Source: Candidatus Tiddalikarchaeum anstoanum (GTDB lineage: Archaea > Nanobdellota > Nanobdellia > Tiddalikarchaeales > Tiddalikarchaeaceae). From it: a stretch of DNA of 64,000 nt. Shown here piece after piece: positions 58,760-64,000 of this stretch. The DNA lies in contig CABMEV010000004.1 in assembly GCA_902385255.1 (NCBI GenBank), positions 34,590 through 98,589 on the forward strand, read 5' to 3'. The translations under genes and the position numbers were made by a program. Below the pieces are notes generated by a model, which was not told where the DNA came from, did no database searches, and saw only the letters and a list, made by a program, of their open reading frames with translations. The first letter of the stretch is position 1. The number at the start of each line of letters is the position of its first letter.

Positions 58760-58942
58760 TTAATTCTTATTCCTGTAAGTTATTATTATTCCATTCTTAG
58801 TGAATTCGCTTCTTAAAATCTCATACATTGAAAATAGATTATTAACTATGTCCCTGCTGGTGTTAACCGGAATAGACATTGTGAAAACCCGTCCATTCGG
58901 AGCATAAACACCCAGCGCATCAGCGATATCCTGATTATTCAT
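58760..58942 (-). CDS. Small hypothetical protein
   Basis: 60-aa ATG ORF. Confidence 0.4.
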   Translation of the reverse strand: MNNQDIADALGVYAPNGRVFTMSIPVNTSRDIVNNLFSMYEILRSEFTKNGIIITYRNKN

Positions 58943-59031
58943 AAAATAACTTAAGAAAATACTTAATATAAAAATCTGATGTTATTATAATAACAAAAAA
59001 CTTACTAAAAGTTATTTTTAACTAACTCATA

Positions 59032-59355
59032 ATGTTTTTAAATTCATATTCTTCTAAGCCTTCTAAAATGATGAGGCACGCGAATGCTACAATTACTATA
59101 GGGAGCTCTGAGACAAACCTTGGCAGCCTTGTTTTAACTTATACGAAGTTCGCACCAAGCTCCATCCGAGGAAGCCTTGGAATGCGAAGCGGACAAGGGG
59201 AAGTGCTGTTAAACAATAATCATATAGGCAAAATAGGCAATTTAATACTCCTTAACAACAGGCACTTAATATTCCATAACTCATTAAAACATGCAGGCAA
59301 AGAAACAATAATAGACTTAGACCATAATTTAGTGTATGCATTGCTGGAAAAATAG
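59032..59355 (+). CDS. Hypothetical protein
   Basis: 107-aa ORF. Confidence 0.5.
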   Translation: MFLNSYSSKPSKMMRHANATITIGSSETNLGSLVLTYTKFAPSSIRGSLGMRSGQGEVLLNNNHIGKIGNLILLNNRHLIFHNSLKHAGKETIIDLDHNLVYALLEK

Positions 59356-59397
59356 GATACATTAATAACTATTCAACTATTAACTCTAAATTTAGTG

Positions 59398-59724
59398 ATG
59401 AGTAAATTTTTTTTAATAATCAGCATATTAGTATTAATCTCTGGATGCACCGCACAAAAATGCGGCATTGAGAACTGCCACGGCTTAGACATTACCTGCG
59501 GGCCGAACATTCCGGAAGTATGCACAACACTTTACTAATTAGGGGATTTCTGCAGAGCTTACGCGTCATGCTCGGCGGCAAGCGGCGCATGCGCACTAGA
59601 ATCAAGCAGTCAATTCACAATATGCAAGGACTGCATAACACGATGCATGCAGATAAATAATACAATGGCATCCTTCGACTGCGAAAATACATGCAGGACA
59701 ATGATAGAAAATCATACGCAGTAG
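59398..59724 (+). pseudogene. Cys-rich lipoprotein gene with in-frame TAA at 59536-59538 (not in ORF track)
   Basis: MSKFFLIISILVLISGC-TAQKCGIENCHGLDITCGPNIPEVCTTLY*LGDFCRAYASC...CKDCITRC...CENTC; same frame on both sides of the stop. Confidence 0.72.
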
Positions 59725-59805
59725 GAATTACTAAGTAGAAAAATAAGATAAGAAGACTTAATGGAATATTAAAAAAAATAAAACGGAAAATAAATTTTTT
59801 TCTTT

Positions 59806-60111
59806 CTACTTGTACTGGTCTTTCCACATCATCATGCCGTGGAAATGGTGAGCCTTCTTTCCAGCCTTAAATCCCATCATCAAAGCCATAACGATGGCAA
59901 GCTTGAACGCAGTATACCATGATATGGCTCCTGCTATTGACCCACTCTGCACTAATCCAGGGAATATGTCCGGCACTATCCAATTCCATAATAGGTTGAT
60001 AAGCACAAAACACACAACAAACGCTATTGCTGCAATTATTAACCCCTTGATTATGCATGAACCGTCACATTTGTAAGAACTTTCTTTAGATTTTGCACTT
60101 TCTCTTGGCAT
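59806..60111 (-). CDS. Small membrane protein
   Basis: Two TMs, LWNWIVPDIF...ISWYTAF. Confidence 0.65.
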   Translation of the reverse strand: MPRESAKSKESSYKCDGSCIIKGLIIAAIAFVVCFVLINLLWNWIVPDIFPGLVQSGSIAGAISWYTAFKLAIVMALMMGFKAGKKAHHFHGMMMWKDQYK

Positions 60112-60189
60112 AGGATTATACAAGAAGCCGGTATCTTAAATACGTTTTGAAAAACTTTTTAAAACTATGACTTTTTTAGAAAAAAAAAT

Positions 60190-60672
60190 ATGACAAACAA
60201 AGAAGAAGCTGAATGTTGTCCGAAACTTGACACCAAGAAGTGGGATAATAAGAAAATAGTCTGGAAAAACAAATTGTTCATCCAGGATACAGCAGTGCAG
60301 CTGTTTCACATGCCTTTGAACTTCGGACCCGTAGTTGCCCGCATGTTCGCAAAGCTTACGAAAGCAGGGGCGGACCCGAAACCTGAAGATTTCTTGCTAT
60401 TATCATACGACCCTTCACCATGGAAGGCAGAAATTTATATGAATGCAACGAAGAACGTACCTGGTGCGGCAAACGTGCGCTTGTCAGGAACTTTCCTTAC
60501 TAAAGTATTCGACGGCCCTTACAACGTGGTTCCGGAATGGATAAAGAAGATGGACGAGTACGTCAAGGACAAGAAAGAAACAGTCAAAAAGTACTATTTA
60601 TACTTCACAACGTGCCCAAAATGCGCAAAGAAATACGGACATAATTACGCAATAGTATTCGCCCAGATTTAA
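60190..60672 (+). CDS. Conserved GyrI-like/'hydrolase' family protein
   Basis: CCPKLD...WD, GTFLTKVFDGPY, TTCPKCAKKYGHNY. Confidence 0.75.
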   Translation: MTNKEEAECCPKLDTKKWDNKKIVWKNKLFIQDTAVQLFHMPLNFGPVVARMFAKLTKAGADPKPEDFLLLSYDPSPWKAEIYMNATKNVPGAANVRLSGTFLTKVFDGPYNVVPEWIKKMDEYVKDKKETVKKYYLYFTTCPKCAKKYGHNYAIVFAQI

Positions 60673-60762
60673 GAATGCCAAGCAACATCAAATTTGAACT
60701 GAAAGTTCCGGAACTAGATATAGGAATCATTTTAAATATACTTAGATTAATCCTTATTCTTG

Positions 60763-61221
60763 ATGAAAGCTTATCTTGCCGGGCCATGGGGATTTGATTC
60801 TGCAGGCAAGAAGTACATGGATGAAGAAGTCATACCTAAACTTGGAAAGATTCAAAACCTGGAAATATTAAACCCATGGGAATTAACGCCAAAAGATGTA
60901 ATAAAAAATAATCCTGAGAAGACAGCGCTGAAAATAATATACAATAATAACATAAAAGCCATTAAAGAGTCCAACTTCATAATTGCAGTGCTTAACGGGC
61001 CGCAGGTTGACGACGGGACAGCATTCGAACTCGGGTACGCGGCGGCGCTTGGAAAGAAAATAATACCTTACAAGGATGACTGGAGAACCGCATGCAAGGA
61101 CGGCAAAGACAATGAGTTTAACTTAATGATTGATGTTCCAATACTAAAACCTGTAATCAAAGACGTCAATGAACTGGTGCGAAGGGTCACGGAATTCGTC
61201 AATTTGGAAAAGAAAAAATAA
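60763..61221 (+). CDS. Nucleoside 2-deoxyribosyltransferase family protein
   Basis: YLAGP, LNPW, DDGTAFELGYA, NLMI. Confidence 0.88.
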   Translation: MKAYLAGPWGFDSAGKKYMDEEVIPKLGKIQNLEILNPWELTPKDVIKNNPEKTALKIIYNNNIKAIKESNFIIAVLNGPQVDDGTAFELGYAAALGKKIIPYKDDWRTACKDGKDNEFNLMIDVPILKPVIKDVNELVRRVTEFVNLEKKK

Positions 61222-61281
61222 ACCCTTATTTTTCTAATATTTAAACATGTTTTCTTTTTTTAACTAAATATATAAGTAATT

Positions 61282-61533
61282 ATGACCTACGTAAAATGTA
61301 TGGCTATTGATGTTTCTAAGGCAAAAAAGTTATGTATATGCAAAAATTGTCCGTCATACTTTGAATGCGGAGAAAAACTTGCATACTGTTTTCTAGGCAA
61401 AAGTAAATGCATCAAACAAGAAGTTGGATGCATATGCCCGGGCTGCCCTGTTGAAAAAGAGATTAACTCAACCAAGGAGTACTACTGCACAAGAGGCAGC
61501 AACAAGGAATTAAGCGGAGGCGTTAAAAAATGA
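61282..61533 (+). CDS. DUF2769-like Cys-rich small protein
   Basis: CICKNCPSY...YC..GKS.C...GCICPGCPV...YYC. Confidence 0.8.
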   Translation: MTYVKCMAIDVSKAKKLCICKNCPSYFECGEKLAYCFLGKSKCIKQEVGCICPGCPVEKEINSTKEYYCTRGSNKELSGGVKK

Positions 61534-63170
61534 AAAATAATAAGTGGGATTATAAAGCTGACATAGTTGTTGTAGGAAGCGGCGCTGCAGCGTACAGTGC
61601 TGCAATCACAGCCAAGTCAAAAAAAGCAGACGTGATAATGATAGAGAAAGGAGTAATGGCAGGAGGAACAACCCTCAGGTCAGGCGGAGGATTCTGGACT
61701 CCTAACAACAGGTTCCAGAAAGAGAAAAAAATAGTCGACCTGAAAGAAGATGCAGTAAGATACATGGCGAGGTACTCATACCCGCAGTTATACAACCCTG
61801 AAGACAAGATGCTCGGGCTACCTGAAAACGAATACAAACTAATCACTACGTATTATGACAATGCATCCAAGATGGCGGATTTCATGATAGACCTTGGAGC
61901 GTTGAAGATAATCCAGGAAATTAACTGGACAGGAAAACCGCAAGTGGACTACATGGACCACCTCCCTGAGAATAAAGGAGTAAGAGGAAGAGTATTATAC
62001 TCAATGGGTGCTGACGGAAAATTAGCCTACGGCGGCGAATTCATAAGACAGTTGAAATCATGGGCTGATGGCCACAAAATACCACTATACCTTAATCACA
62101 GGGTAACAAAGATATTAAAAAATGATAAAGGGGAAGTAATCGGACTTGAAGCATTAAAAGGAAAAAAGACAGTCAGGATTCAGGCAAAGAAGGCAGTGAT
62201 ATTCGGAACTGGAGGTTACACGCATAACAAGGAATTAATGCTTCACTTCCAGAGAGGTCCTCACTTTGGAGGATGCGCAGCGCCGACTAATACAGGAGAC
62301 TTCGTATTAATGGCCGAAGAGATAGGCGCGAAATTAGGAAACATGGCAGGGGCTTTCAGAGCTCAGATAGTATTAGAAGAGGTGTTAAGCGACCCAAACG
62401 GTGTTCACAATATATTCTACGTAATGGGAGACAGCATATTAGAAGTTAACAAATATGGAAAAAGAATAGTTGATGAGAAGAGAAACTACAGCGACAGAAC
62501 AATGGTGCACTTCTTGTGGGATCCTCAAAAGGCAGAGTGGACTAATATGCTGGTATTCATGGTATATGATGAACGAACAGCCATGCTGTGGCAGGGATTC
62601 CCTCCTCTTCCTGTGAAAGGAACATTAGCGCCGTACATTATAGACGGAAAAACGCTTGATGAATTAGCGGATAATATTAAAGACAGGCTGAAACAATTAG
62701 CTCCGAAGATTGGTGGATTCAACATAGATGAAAGTTTCGCTGAAAACTTTAAGAAAACAGTTGCGGCTTTTAATGACTATGCAAAAGAGGGAGTCGACGC
62801 AGAATTCCACAGGGGAGAATACGCTTATGACAGGGAGTGGACTACGTTCCCTCCAACAATACCTGGTGCTGAGTGGCCGCCTAAAGACACGAAGAATTAC
62901 ACTATGTACCCGTTAAGCAGCGAAGGGCCTTACCACGCAGTAATACTCGGCGCCGGAACGTTAGATACTAACGGGGGGCCTGTGATTAACCCTAAAGCGC
63001 AGGTATTAGACACTAAAGATGCGCCAATACCCGGACTTTACGGGGCTGGAGACTGCATAGCTTCACCAACTGCGAATGCGTACTGGGGCGCAGGAAGCAC
63101 TATTGGGCCAGCTCTCACATACGGGCATATTGCAGCATTAAATGCAGTAAAGGAGAAGCCAAAAAAATAA
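61530..63170 (+). CDS. FAD-dependent dehydrogenase (3-ketosteroid dehydrogenase/fumarate reductase flavoprotein family)
   Basis: VVVGSGAA, GGTTLRSGG, FGTGGY, NTGD, TNGG, IPGLYGAGD, YWGAGSTIGPALTYG. Confidence 0.88.
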   Translation: MKNNKWDYKADIVVVGSGAAAYSAAITAKSKKADVIMIEKGVMAGGTTLRSGGGFWTPNNRFQKEKKIVDLKEDAVRYMARYSYPQLYNPEDKMLGLPENEYKLITTYYDNASKMADFMIDLGALKIIQEINWTGKPQVDYMDHLPENKGVRGRVLYSMGADGKLAYGGEFIRQLKSWADGHKIPLYLNHRVTKILKNDKGEVIGLEALKGKKTVRIQAKKAVIFGTGGYTHNKELMLHFQRGPHFGGCAAPTNTGDFVLMAEEIGAKLGNMAGAFRAQIVLEEVLSDPNGVHNIFYVMGDSILEVNKYGKRIVDEKRNYSDRTMVHFLWDPQKAEWTNMLVFMVYDERTAMLWQGFPPLPVKGTLAPYIIDGKTLDELADNIKDRLKQLAPKIGGFNIDESFAENFKKTVAAFNDYAKEGVDAEFHRGEYAYDREWTTFPPTIPGAEWPPKDTKNYTMYPLSSEGPYHAVILGAGTLDTNGGPVINPKAQVLDTKDAPIPGLYGAGDCIASPTANAYWGAGSTIGPALTYGHIAALNAVKEKPKK

Positions 63171-63246
63171 CTCTTTTTTTTATTTTTTTTAAATTAATGA
63201 CGGAAAGAGAATCTTTAAATAAACATTTTTTTCTAACTTTCATTTA

Positions 63247-63924
63247 ATGAACAGTTTGCTAAACAACAATATCATAGCGCAGTTCTTGTCAACTTATTTT
63301 AAAATAGAAGGGTCAAACACCAGCAGTTACTTAAAGGAGTCATTTAAAAAAAACATTTTCGAGCCATATTTTAGAAAAATTGGTGTGAATATGGAAAGCC
63401 TGATTAAGGAGCTTCCGCTTGAGTCGGAGAACATAGAAGCTATTATGATAAAAAGTTCTGTAATGGAAGAGATGAAAAAAGAGTTTGCTTATCCTGTTGA
63501 AAGAATAGGGTTCTTATACGGAAAGTATTACACAGATAAAAAACAATTAAGAATATATGATTTGGTGAATGCTGAAGAATTAAAGAACTTATTCGGAAAA
63601 GAAATACTGCATATGGAGAAAGAAGGTTGCCAAGTCATAGATGACTTATATGAAGTGAGGTTAACACTCGCAAGAGAAGCTGGAAAGAAGGGAAAAGGCT
63701 TAGTTGGTGTCTATCACACGCATAAATCCGAACTGGGTCATACTAAAGGTGCGAATACGAAAGACTGCCTGCAAAAAGAATTCATAGGCATGATGGGGTT
63801 CGTACTATACTATGACAGTCAATTGCATGTATTTCCCTACAGGAGCATAGACGGATTTTACAGGACTGATGAAGATATTGAAAAACACTATAAAGAAGCG
63901 GAAAAAATAATAAAAGAGTTCTAA
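63247..63924 (+). CDS. JAB/MPN-like domain protein
   Basis: ERIGFLYG and VGVYHTH; start may be ATG 63391. Confidence 0.6.
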   Translation: MNSLLNNNIIAQFLSTYFKIEGSNTSSYLKESFKKNIFEPYFRKIGVNMESLIKELPLESENIEAIMIKSSVMEEMKKEFAYPVERIGFLYGKYYTDKKQLRIYDLVNAEELKNLFGKEILHMEKEGCQVIDDLYEVRLTLAREAGKKGKGLVGVYHTHKSELGHTKGANTKDCLQKEFIGMMGFVLYYDSQLHVFPYRSIDGFYRTDEDIEKHYKEAEKIIKEF

Positions 63925-64000
63925 AACTCAAACTATAATTTTATAAAAAACAGTCCCGTCTTACTAAGATTATGAAGAATATAATAATTAGCATAATAAT

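Noticed and set aside
59536-59538. Stop-codon reassignment suggested by the in-frame TAA
   Set aside because: TAA, TAG and TGA all terminate conserved genes in this window at the expected positions

Overview
Low-GC archaeal chromosome segment, most likely from a DPANN (Nanoarchaeota-like) organism. Supporting genes include deoxyhypusine synthase, archaeal DTD2, a small histone, a tandem Lrp regulator, a class-III-signal pilin-like protein and archaeal-style tRNAs. It carries housekeeping genes (HisRS, ArgRS, Dhs, MinD, RsmB/NOP2, SSB, Hpt, tRNA-Thr, tRNA-Phe), a redox cluster (Grx-CcdA, split GlcF/GlcD, thioredoxin), an AT-rich islet with a Fic gene and a GC-rich hairpin, and an accessory right third with several disrupted genes. 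The most striking feature is a 33-41 kb locus. There, two coiled-coil/winged-HTH genes with amphipathic N-termini, a third HTH-like gene and a histone sit among four DNA motif families: an AGTTCCGGAACT palindrome with a GGAAC cluster, ten co-oriented CTCACTTT repeats running through an ORF in all three frames, a helically phased TGTT(G) array, and a 16-bp quasi-palindrome TTTACAATATGGTAAA. This is a candidate replication-origin or chromosome-anchoring/partition system; that role is inference. All calls come from reading motifs by eye, and no searches were run.
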